Source: Desulfacinum hydrothermale DSM 13146 (lineage in GTDB: Bacteria; Desulfobacterota; Syntrophobacteria; Syntrophobacterales; DSM-9756). Taken from it: DNA of 32,000 nt. Below are positions 8,578 to 16,206 of the stretch, piece by piece (positions within the stretch are counted from its first letter, which is position 1; each line of letters begins with the position of its first letter). The notes beneath the pieces are model-generated. The model searched no databases, was not told where the DNA came from, and saw nothing but the letters and a program-made list of their open reading frames with translations. Made by a program: the position numbers and the translations under genes. Location of the stretch: positions 73,582 through 105,581 of the forward strand of contig NZ_FWXF01000001.1 of the NCBI RefSeq assembly GCF_900176285.1, read 5' to 3'.

Positions 8578-9350
8578 GCCTGGGGCCGGGGGATGCCCTC
8601 CACCTGACCCCTCGGGCCCGGCAGGCCTTGGAAGAGGCGGATGTGATCGTGGGCTACAAGACCTATGTGGATCTCATCCGCCCCCTTGTCCAGGGAAAGG
8701 AAGTGCGGGCTTCCGGGATGAAGCGGGAGATTGCCAGGTGCCGGGAGGCCATCGAGGCGGCGGAGGAAGGCCGGCGGGTGGCGCTGGTTTCCAGTGGCGA
8801 TGCGGGAATCTACGGCATGGCCGGTCTGGTCTTCGATGTGTGTCGGGCCAAAGGCCTGCCCGTGAGGACCTGGGAGGGAGCCGAAGGGGGGAAGGCTCAG
8901 GGCCTGCGTGTGGAGGTGGTCCCGGGGGTGGCTGCCTTCAATGCGGCCGCGGCCCTGCTCGGAGCTCCGCTCATGCACGATTTCGCCGCCGTGAGCCTGA
9001 GTGACCATCTGACCCCGTGGGAACGCATCGAAAGGCGCCTGGATGCGGCGGCCGGCGCCGATTTCGTCATCGCCGTCTACAATCCACGCAGCAAAAGCCG
9101 TCCCGATCTGCTGGAAAAGGCCCGTGGGATCCTGTTGCGTCATCGGAGCGCGGAGACGCCCGTGGGTGTGGTGCGACGGGCCATGCGGGAAGGCCAGCGC
9201 TGCTGGATCACCACCTTGGGCGGGCTGGATCCGGAGGAGGTGGATATGCAGACCGTGCTGCTGGTGGGAAACAGCCGCACCTACGTGTGGGAAGGGCACC
9301 TGGTGACCCCCCGGGGCTATCTGGATAAGTACGGCGAAGAGAATCTTTGA
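8571..9350 (+). CDS. cbiH: Cobalt-factor III / precorrin-3B C17-methyltransferase
   Basis: Contains SLGPGD, SSGDAGIYGMAG and PGVAAFNAAAA motifs. I chose the GTG start at 8571 (GTGGTGA overlap with the cbiG stop). The only upstream in-frame ATG (8469) would overlap cbiG by 109 nt, so the start is uncertain. Confidence 0.85.
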   Translation: MVSLGPGDALHLTPRARQALEEADVIVGYKTYVDLIRPLVQGKEVRASGMKREIARCREAIEAAEEGRRVALVSSGDAGIYGMAGLVFDVCRAKGLPVRTWEGAEGGKAQGLRVEVVPGVAAFNAAAALLGAPLMHDFAAVSLSDHLTPWERIERRLDAAAGADFVIAVYNPRSKSRPDLLEKARGILLRHRSAETPVGVVRRAMREGQRCWITTLGGLDPEEVDMQTVLLVGNSRTYVWEGHLVTPRGYLDKYGEENL

Positions 9351-9431
9351 CTGGGGTTTCCGGGGTGGGTGCCCAACAATCGGGTGAACCTCGGCGCCGC
9401 GGCGGCGGACTGAGCCGCTCTCAGTCCAACC

Positions 9432-10334
9432 TCAAGACATGGTTCCGGCTTCCGCCTGGAAAGTCTGCAGGATTTCCTCTTGCAGGGCGATGAGCTTTGC
9501 TTCACTCAGCTTCAACGCCCGCGCGCTGGCAACACCGGCCATCTCAAGCTCCGGCCTCTTGGTGGGTCCCAGTTCCAGCTTGTGGCAGAAGGCGTTGGCC
9601 AGATGAACGATCACGGCGAGGGCCGGCAGGATCTTGGCCCTGGCCGGGTTGTGGTGGCATCCGATGGCCTCGTCGATCTCTTCTGGAAATTGCCACTTTC
9701 GGGCCAGGAGCCGGCCCACTTGGGCGTGGTCGAACCCGAAGACCTCCCTTTCCAGCTTGGCAAAAGACAAGGACGGATCGCTGTAAACCTCCTGGATGAT
9801 CAGGCGCATCTGGTCAGGGAAACGGGTGAACAGGATCATCTTGCCCACATCGTGAAGAAGTCCGGACAAGAAGGATTCATCCACCCGGGAATAGCGAAGG
9901 CGGACGGCGATGGTCCGCGCGGCCAGAGCGCAACCCACCGAATGCTCCCAGAGCAGCTTTTCCGTGAGCCCAAAGGGATCGAAAAGGTCGCGGGTGACCG
10001 AAGCGATCACCAGGGAGCGCACGGTCTTCATGCCGATGATCACCACCGCGTCGCGCAAGGTGGCAATGCTCCGAGACCGGGCGTAAAAGGACGAGTTGGC
10101 CAGTTTGAGCACACGGGCTGCAAGGGACGGGTCCTGGGCAATGAGCTTTTGAATGTCGTTGGCGTCGGCGTCCGGGTCGCTAATCTTTTTGATCACCAGG
10201 CTGGCCACGTGCGGCATGGCCGGCAGGTCGCCTGTCATTTGAACCAGTTTGTCCAGATCGGGCGAGGTCTGGGCTGCCTCCATAACAATTCCGTCCTCTG
10301 GCATGAGATGGGGTTGCACTCGATACTTTTTCAT
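9432..10334 (-). CDS. HDOD domain signalling protein
   Basis: 300 aa. HD-related output-domain layout with GLLHDVGK and HH...A motifs. Confidence 0.8.
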   Translation of the reverse strand: MKKYRVQPHLMPEDGIVMEAAQTSPDLDKLVQMTGDLPAMPHVASLVIKKISDPDADANDIQKLIAQDPSLAARVLKLANSSFYARSRSIATLRDAVVIIGMKTVRSLVIASVTRDLFDPFGLTEKLLWEHSVGCALAARTIAVRLRYSRVDESFLSGLLHDVGKMILFTRFPDQMRLIIQEVYSDPSLSFAKLEREVFGFDHAQVGRLLARKWQFPEEIDEAIGCHHNPARAKILPALAVIVHLANAFCHKLELGPTKRPELEMAGVASARALKLSEAKLIALQEEILQTFQAEAGTMS

Positions 10335-10457
10335 AATCGGTGCGAGGAGGAAAAAAGTTTAGGCCAAAATCGCCGCCCGGCGTGCAGGGGTGGGTGGTGC
10401 GGAGGTCTCTTGTTTCCTTTCGCATCGCCCATGGCTTCGCCAGAGCGGTCTCAAGGG

Positions 10458-11015
10458 TCAATCGGAAGATACGCGGCGTGGGGAGCTCGCAGCGTCGTCT
10501 TCCGATGTCTTCACCCCAAGGACCCCATACCTCAGGAGAACGAGCTCCGCCCCCACCCGTTGCACCTCCTTCAGGGTCAAGTCCATGGCGATGTCGGGAC
10601 CGAAAAGGCCCAGTCCGGTGCCGAAGATTTTCGGAGAAACCGTGACGATGACGGAGTCGATGAGGCCTTGGCGGGCGAAGAGGGAGTTGATGTGGGGGCC
10701 GCCGGCCAGGATGACTTCCTCGTAGCCTTGCCCTTCCAGCCACTCAAGGATTCGTTGGGGTGGATCCCCGGAAAAGACCAGGTTTTCCCATGGGGACTTT
10801 CGGGATGGATCGCGGCTCATGACCACGTTGAGACGCCCTGGCAGAGGCTTTCCCAGGGTGTCGAAGGTTCGCGATCCCATGATGATCACGCCCGCCCGAC
10901 GACTCAAAGCGGCGAACACCTTCTTGTCCTCCGGAGGGGTCCAATCGGGAAAATGGTCGGAATTGCGGGCGATCCGACCGTCCAGTGTCATGGCCATGAG
11001 CAGGGTGACTTGCAT
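10458..11015 (-). CDS. RibD C-terminal / dihydrofolate-reductase-like reductase
   Basis: 185 aa. Contains MTLDGRIA and IIMGSRTF motifs and an Rossmann-like GG motif (ILAGGPHIN), typical of the RibD_C/DHFR-like family. Confidence 0.75.
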   Translation of the reverse strand: MQVTLLMAMTLDGRIARNSDHFPDWTPPEDKKVFAALSRRAGVIIMGSRTFDTLGKPLPGRLNVVMSRDPSRKSPWENLVFSGDPPQRILEWLEGQGYEEVILAGGPHINSLFARQGLIDSVIVTVSPKIFGTGLGLFGPDIAMDLTLKEVQRVGAELVLLRYGVLGVKTSEDDAASSPRRVSSD

Positions 11016-11049
11016 GGTGGTGGCTCCGCTTTGGGTCCAGGTCCGGCTT

Positions 11050-12153
11050 TCAGCGAAAGAGCTTTTCGTATTGTGGATAGCCTTCCTTGGCCAGATCTTT
11101 GGCGGGCACGAATCGCAGCGCGGCGGAATTGATGCAATAGCGCAGGCCGGAGGGGGGCGGTCCGTCGGCGAAGACGTGCCCCAGATGGGAATCGGCGTGC
11201 CGACTGCGCACTTCCGTTCTCACCGTGAAAAGGGACCGATCCTCGCGTTCCACCAGGTTGTCCGGTTCCAGCGGGCGCGTGAAGCTGGGCCAGCCGGTTC
11301 CGGAATCGAACTTGTCCAAAGAGCTGAAAAGCGGCTCGCCGGAAACCACGTCCACATAGATGCCGGGTTGCTTGTTGTCCCAGTATTCATTTCGGAAGGG
11401 AGGCTCCGTTCCATTTTCTTGGGTCACCTTGTACTGCATGGAGGTGAGCTTCCGTCTGAGTTCCGCCTCCGTGGGTTTGGAATAAGGGGATGGACCGCTT
11501 TCTTCGGATTTGTGTTGGGGCTCCTCCTTCCAGGTCTTTTTGAGGAAGCTGTCCCGTCCCGAATGGAACCGATAGAAGCGGTAGCGTAACGGGGACTTCT
11601 TGTAATAGTCCTGGTGATAGGTTTCCGCCTCGTAGAATCGTTCCAGCGGTCGGATCTTCGTCGCAATGGGCTTGGAGAAACGGCCGGAACGAGCCAAGGC
11701 TTCCTTGCTTTCCTGGGCCAACCGCCTCTGTTCTTCCGTGTGATAGAAGATGGCCGTGGCGTATTGGTCGCCGCGGTCCACGAACTGCCCGCCGGGATCG
11801 GTGGGGTCCACATGCCGCCAGAAATAATCGAGAAGCTCCTGGTAGGTGACCTTCCGGGGGTCGTAGATCACCTGGACCGCTTCCAGATGGCCGGTGGTCC
11901 CGGAGGAAACCTCTTCGTAGGAGGGGTTTTCCGTGTGACCGCCGGTATAGCCGGAAATCGCTTCCACCACACCTTCCAGCTTCTCAAAATCCGCCTCCAC
12001 GCACCAAAAACAGCCACCCGCGAAGGTCGCTCGCTCCAGATTCTTCTTTTCTTGCGCCATGACGCCGTCTCCTGCTGGCAACCACCCCGATCCCATTCCC
12101 GCGGCAAGCACCAGGATGAGGATCCAAATGGCTCGGGTTTTTCCCGTTTTCAT
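11050..12153 (-). CDS. msrAB: Secreted bifunctional methionine sulfoxide reductase MsrA-MsrB
   Basis: N-terminal signal-like hydrophobic segment. MsrA motif GGCFWC, and an MsrB half with RYCINSAAL. Confidence 0.9.
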   Translation of the reverse strand: MKTGKTRAIWILILVLAAGMGSGWLPAGDGVMAQEKKNLERATFAGGCFWCVEADFEKLEGVVEAISGYTGGHTENPSYEEVSSGTTGHLEAVQVIYDPRKVTYQELLDYFWRHVDPTDPGGQFVDRGDQYATAIFYHTEEQRRLAQESKEALARSGRFSKPIATKIRPLERFYEAETYHQDYYKKSPLRYRFYRFHSGRDSFLKKTWKEEPQHKSEESGPSPYSKPTEAELRRKLTSMQYKVTQENGTEPPFRNEYWDNKQPGIYVDVVSGEPLFSSLDKFDSGTGWPSFTRPLEPDNLVEREDRSLFTVRTEVRSRHADSHLGHVFADGPPPSGLRYCINSAALRFVPAKDLAKEGYPQYEKLFR

Positions 12154-12406
12154 TGCCCACTCCTTCGGCCTCCTCCGTCCCTGTGTGAACCTGGGGCGAA
12201 AAAGGCTCCTGATCGTTCAACGTGCTTCTTGGACTATAAGCACGGTCGGGAAGGAAGGCACGTAAGAGGCGGACTTGTGGGCGGGGGGCGTGGGGCGTGG
12301 CGTCCCGGGTCCGTTTTTGCACGGGCCCTGGCACGGGAGGATTTCCTTCTGGAAAGATCCTCGCGGTGCGGCGGCCGCTTCGCTGGGCAAGGGGCAGAGG
12401 GGGCTT

Positions 12407-12703
12407 TCAACAGCAGCCTGAATCCAGACTGCAGCAGGAATCGCCTGTCCTTCCCAGAACCGAATTGATCACCGCCTGGGCGCACCCCACTCCCGTCTGG
12501 ACCCGGATGGCTTCCGTGGGGCAATTGCGGGCGCAGGCGCCGCACTCCATGCACGCGTCCCGGTCGGTGATACGTGCCTTGCCGTTTTCCTGGACGAAGA
12601 CCCCGTGGGGACAGACGAGGGAGCACATGCCGCAGCCCACGCAGCGCGACGCTTCGTATTGGAGACTGACCACGTCCTTCAGATAGACCAAATTGCCTCG
12701 CAT
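12407..12703 (-). CDS. hgcB: HgcB, 2x[4Fe-4S] ferredoxin partner of the mercury methylation corrinoid protein
   Basis: 98 aa, starting 22 nt after hgcA. Two CX2CX2CX3CP motifs (CVGCGMCSLVCP, CMECGACARNCP), a conserved-position Cys74, and a C-terminus ending in CC. Confidence 0.85.
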   Translation of the reverse strand: MRGNLVYLKDVVSLQYEASRCVGCGMCSLVCPHGVFVQENGKARITDRDACMECGACARNCPTEAIRVQTGVGCAQAVINSVLGRTGDSCCSLDSGCC

Positions 12704-12725
12704 CTTCTTCTTCCCATCGCGGCGT

Positions 12726-13763
12726 TCACGATGTCCAGCGGGCCGTCAGCCACAAGCCCACGAAGGCCGCAAATCCTGCGATTTCCAGCGGTACGGCCCA
12801 GCGCATCTCCTTTTTGACGCCCGAAAGGGACGTGTAGGTGGACGCGCCGGTGAAGTTCATACCCAGATAGGCGGCCACGGAAACCGTTCCCAGGATCCAC
12901 GAAACCGCATCCAGGACGCCGGAGGCTCGCCCCGGGCCCAGGGGCCACAGCAGGGCGGTCGCCAGAAGTCCCGCCCAGATTCCCTTGGCGGCGAAGGCCC
13001 GGCCCGGCAGCCAGGGTAAAAGGAGCGGCGTGAGAACCGCTCCGGCGAAAACACCAGTGGTCATGGCCGTAACGGGCCCCAAGCCGAAAACGGCGGCCGC
13101 CGCCGCAAAGGAACCCGTGCCCAGGGCGCCGGCGAGTGCGAAAAAGATCACCGCCGCCAGTGCCAGCCACTTGAAGGCGTGCACCAGCTCCACGGGAATG
13201 AGGACCATCCGGTCGTACAAGCCGAAACGTTTACGGCGCATGGTGGGGGTGGCCTGCATGCCGGCATCGAGAAAGGCCGGCAGATCCCGGGCCTCCACCG
13301 GTCCAAACACCGCCTTGAAGCCGCATCGGGACCTGACCTTGTGGGCGGCCACTCCCGGGGCGCTCAGTTGCGGCAAAATGAGAAGACGGTGGTTCACCAC
13401 CCTGTCCAGTCCACTGGCTTGAACCCGAAAGACCAGCTCATCCGTCCCGAAGGTTCCCTTTCCCGCCGCACACCACACGTTGATACCCTTGGTGTCCAGG
13501 ACCAGGATCCAGGCGCAGCGGTCCTTCAAAGCCGATCGCAGATGGTCGAAGCTCAGCTTGTAATTGGCCGAGACCAGCACGGGGGCCTCCGAACCTGGTT
13601 CTCCCAGGGCGTAGAGGCCCGGATCCACCGTGTAGTGCATTCGGCCGACGCCCCAGCGGGCTTTTACGGTCCCCCAGCGGTCCCGACCCGTAAGCTGGCT
13701 CGAGACTTGGGGAATCGTCCCCGCGGCGGTTTCCACGCGGCCGATGACGAAGGGTTGATCCAA
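12726..13763 (-). CDS. hgcA: HgcA, corrinoid protein required for mercury methylation
   Basis: 345 aa. The diagnostic cap-helix motif GINVWCAAGKGTFG (Cys98, codon 13470-13472) lies in an N-terminal CFeSP-like corrinoid domain. The C-terminal half is strongly hydrophobic (multi-TM). TTG start per the ORF track. Confidence 0.9.
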   Translation of the reverse strand: MDQPFVIGRVETAAGTIPQVSSQLTGRDRWGTVKARWGVGRMHYTVDPGLYALGEPGSEAPVLVSANYKLSFDHLRSALKDRCAWILVLDTKGINVWCAAGKGTFGTDELVFRVQASGLDRVVNHRLLILPQLSAPGVAAHKVRSRCGFKAVFGPVEARDLPAFLDAGMQATPTMRRKRFGLYDRMVLIPVELVHAFKWLALAAVIFFALAGALGTGSFAAAAAVFGLGPVTAMTTGVFAGAVLTPLLLPWLPGRAFAAKGIWAGLLATALLWPLGPGRASGVLDAVSWILGTVSVAAYLGMNFTGASTYTSLSGVKKEMRWAVPLEIAGFAAFVGLWLTARWTS

Positions 13764-13827
13764 GCGGGGCGGGCTCGCCTGAGCCGCAGAAGAAGGGCTT
13801 CAGCCGCGGGGCCTTGCGGGTTCGCAC

Positions 13828-13843
13828 GGCAAGGGTTGAGCCA
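13828..13843 (-). promoter_or_regulatory. Candidate sigma-54 (-24/-12) promoter upstream of hgcA
   Basis: Minus strand reads TGGCTCAACCCTTGCC, with GG and GC at the exact consensus spacing (TGGCAC-N5-TTGC). It lies about 65-80 nt upstream of the hgcA start, inside the 200-nt MFS-hgcA spacer. Confidence 0.35.
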
Positions 13844-13890
13844 TGGGCAGGGTCGGCCGGGCTTGTGTGCCTTCATCCAGAGGCTTCGGG

Positions 13891-13914
13891 CTCATGGGAG
13901 CATCCTCTCATGGG
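13891..13914. repeat. Direct repeat CTCATGGG-N8-CTCATGGG upstream of the hgcA promoter candidate
   Basis: Exact 8-mer at 13891-13898 and 13907-13914. An AT-rich patch (13925-13950) lies next to it. Confidence 0.3.
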
Positions 13915-13963
13915 TTTCGAAAAGCTTATGGTCGTCTAAGAATATACATCGCTACAGCGGGCA

Positions 13964-15259
13964 TCAAGTCGGTTCTCCAGCGGGTCGCGGGGCGCGGCTA
14001 AGAAAACCCAGAGCCGCCAGGTTCCCCACGATGGACAGGATGGCGATGGGCTGGAAGGATCCAAAATGTTCCCATAGGGCCGGGCCCACCAGGGCTCCCA
14101 GAACCCTTCCCGCCACCAGCAGGCTGTAGTTGGCGGCCAGCCATTTGCCTCTTTCGCTGGGAGCCAACTGGGAGATGTAGGGAAAAGAACTCACCACGGA
14201 GAATTCAAAGAAGTAGGCCATGGCCATGAGGCTTGCCAGGGCCGCCGCCAGCGAATCGGTCACGAAGGTGAGCAGGAGGTAGCTGGCGGCGGTTCCCACG
14301 ATGCCAAGGGTGAGCCCCCTGCGCTTTCCCAGCCGGTCCACCAGGAGCGCCACGGAGATTTCCGCACAGAATTCGCTGAGACCCAGCAGCGTGGAAAAGA
14401 GCCCCAGCGACTGGACATTGAGACCGAACCGGGATTCCATCCACGCCCCGTAGACGATCATGACGTTTTCATTGCCGCAAAAAATACAAAAGGTGACCGC
14501 CAGCGCCAGCCAGATGCGCCGGGAAGGAACGTTGGGGGCCGCGCTGCCGGTTCCGGACCTTTCAGAAGAGGCCGGTTCGGGGCCGCCGCCCGCGGGCGCA
14601 TCGGGCAACCGGAAGGTGGCCGCAAACAGGAAGACAGCCAGTGCCAGCAGGAGCAGATAGGGCGAGTCCCACCCCCACCGGGCGATCAGCAGGCCGCTCA
14701 AGGGAATGCCCAGAAACCAGCTGGCGGACCAGGACGATTCCACCAGGCCCAGGGCGCGGGCCCTGTGGCGGTAACCCACATGGGCGCTCACATAGGATTG
14801 CACGGACGGATTGTAGACGGCCGTGGCCAGTCCCATCACCACGAAGCCGGTGAAGACGATCCAGTAGTTTTGGGAGACGGTGACCAGAAAGCAGCTGACC
14901 AGCAGGAAGGCGATTCCCAGAAGGAGCCCGGCCTTGTAACCGCGTTTCTCGGCGAAGATGCCAAAGGCGATTCCCGAAAGGCCCACCAAGGATCGGGCCG
15001 CCATCATGAGTCCCGCTTGTTCCAGGCTGATGCCCAACCCCCGTGCCATGGCCGGCAGGAAGGGATAGGCCACCCGGAAGCTCATATTGAGCACAATGCG
15101 ACTGGCGATGAGAAGGAGCCAGGTGCGGCCCCGCATACCCAAGAACACGGTCTCCATCCTGGTTCGGGAAATGGTGAGAATCCGCAAGACAAACCAAGGA
15201 CCTATACTCCGAATCGAAAAGGGACACAAGCGTTCCCGAAGGAGCTTGCCCGAACCCAT
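13964..15259 (-). CDS. MFS transporter, unknown substrate
   Basis: About 12 hydrophobic segments split 6+6 by a central loop (APAGGGPEPASSERSG). The true start is probably internal (METVFLG at 15157 or MRGRTW at 15136), because TM1 begins at WLLLIASRIV. Confidence 0.85.
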   Translation of the reverse strand: MGSGKLLRERLCPFSIRSIGPWFVLRILTISRTRMETVFLGMRGRTWLLLIASRIVLNMSFRVAYPFLPAMARGLGISLEQAGLMMAARSLVGLSGIAFGIFAEKRGYKAGLLLGIAFLLVSCFLVTVSQNYWIVFTGFVVMGLATAVYNPSVQSYVSAHVGYRHRARALGLVESSWSASWFLGIPLSGLLIARWGWDSPYLLLLALAVFLFAATFRLPDAPAGGGPEPASSERSGTGSAAPNVPSRRIWLALAVTFCIFCGNENVMIVYGAWMESRFGLNVQSLGLFSTLLGLSEFCAEISVALLVDRLGKRRGLTLGIVGTAASYLLLTFVTDSLAAALASLMAMAYFFEFSVVSSFPYISQLAPSERGKWLAANYSLLVAGRVLGALVGPALWEHFGSFQPIAILSIVGNLAALGFLSRAPRPAGEPT

Positions 15260-15579
15260 CTCCCATCATGCCTGAAGACTTTCGATCCTCGTTGTCTCGT
15301 TGGGGCTTCTTATCGCTAACCGGAGGCCTTCCACGATGGAAACGGATTTTCCCAGGACCTGGCACATCAGGGATCGGCCCGGTGCGCCAGCGCCAAGGTT
15401 TGTCCTCGGCGGTCCGGAAAAACTGCGTTCAAAGAGGGGGCGTCTTGGCGCCAAGGCAGGGAAAAGGCGGGAAGACAAGACGGTGGGCATCTCGCTCACA
15501 GCACCCGAAGGGCTGGATAGCCCGCCGGCTTAGGCCGGAATCCGAAATTGTTTCTCAGCCCCGAAAGGGTCGGGCTCCC

Positions 15580-15607
15580 AAGAAAACGCTTCGTTCTTTT
15601 CGAAGCG
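15580..15607 (-). terminator. Intrinsic terminator following the B12-like aptamer
   Basis: Minus strand reads CGCTTCG-AAAAGAA-CGAAGCG followed by TTTTCTT. Confidence 0.7.
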
Positions 15608-15644
15608 GTCTTCCTGAGAGCCTGCCCCATAAAGGCCTCGCGGC

Positions 15645-15836
15645 CGTTTGGGGCTTTCTGACCAGTTGAAACTTCACCGGCCCCGTGGTGCTAGACAGCC
15701 GCAGTGGGGGCGGGTTCAGAACCCGCCCCCACTGCGGCAGGGCCAGGCCGGCAGCATGGGCCCGTCTGGTAGTCCCAAGCTTCCGTCCGTTTAAGAAGGG
15801 AACCACCCTAGGGTTCTCCCACAGCCTTCTAGCCCC
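15645..15836 (-). promoter_or_regulatory. Divergent cobalamin-riboswitch-like aptamer upstream of MFS-hgcA-hgcB
   Basis: Minus strand contains GGGGCT, then GGTTCCCTTCTTAAACGGACGGAAGCTTGGGACTACCAGACGGGCCCATGCTGCCGG, then a 17-bp perfect hairpin (15698-15738), then GCACCACGGGGCCGG, then B12-box-like GGTCAGAAAGCCCC. The same block order is seen in the canonical copy at 3450-3612. Confidence 0.6.
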
Positions 15837-16191
15837 AGTGTCCTTCCACGTCCGGGCCGTTGCTCTCTGCATACACGCCCCGTTTGAAGTTTTCCACCGC
15901 CTCCCGAATCGTTCCGGACACCTGGGTGTAGACAGGAATGCCGGCGGCCTGGAGCGTTCGAAAGGCCTTGGGACCGCAATGCCCTGTGAGAACCGCGTCC
16001 GGTTTGTGGCGCGAGACGGTCGTGGCGGCCTGGATCCCCGCCCCTTGCGACGCCTGAAGGTTCTGCGTGTTGGGAACCACCTGGTAGTCCAAGGTCTCCG
16101 TATCAACCATGAGAAAATAGGGCGCCCGGCCAAAGCGAGCGTCCACCGGGCTGTTCAGGTCCTCACCCGAGCTGCTGACGGCCACTTTCAT
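15829..16191 (-). CDS. NifX/NifB-C-terminal (MTH1175-like, Nitro_FeMo-Co) domain protein
   Basis: 120 aa. MKVAVSS...RFGRAPYFLMVD... is typical of the small dinitrogenase FeMo-cofactor-binding-like family. Confidence 0.85.
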   Translation of the reverse strand: MKVAVSSSGEDLNSPVDARFGRAPYFLMVDTETLDYQVVPNTQNLQASQGAGIQAATTVSRHKPDAVLTGHCGPKAFRTLQAAGIPVYTQVSGTIREAVENFKRGVYAESNGPDVEGHWG

Positions 16192-16206
16192 GATGTCCCT
16201 CGCTTT

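Noticed and set aside
9407-9427. GGACTGAG-CCGCT-CTCAGTCC hairpin between convergent cbiH and HDOD genes (similarly the CCCGCCCC/GGGGCGGG hairpin at 25395-25423 after thrC)
   Set aside because: The stems are real, but neither strand has a U-tract. I could not support a terminator call.
9480-11132. 550-aa plus-strand ORF
   Set aside because: It is antisense to the HDOD and DHFR-like genes and crosses their intergenic gap. It has no domain signature.
12314-12334. Minus-strand TGCCAGGGCCCGTGCAAAAA upstream of msrAB as a sigma-54 promoter
   Set aside because: The -24 element reads GC instead of the essential GG.
15266-15499. 77-aa minus-strand ORF in the MFS leader
   Set aside because: It has no RBS, an Arg/Pro/Ser-rich composition and no similarity I recognise.
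15710-15722. GGGTTCAGAACCC palindrome as a third GGGTTCA-type activator site
   Set aside because: It is the tip of the 17-bp extension hairpin of the riboswitch-like element, and its spacing differs from the other two repeats.
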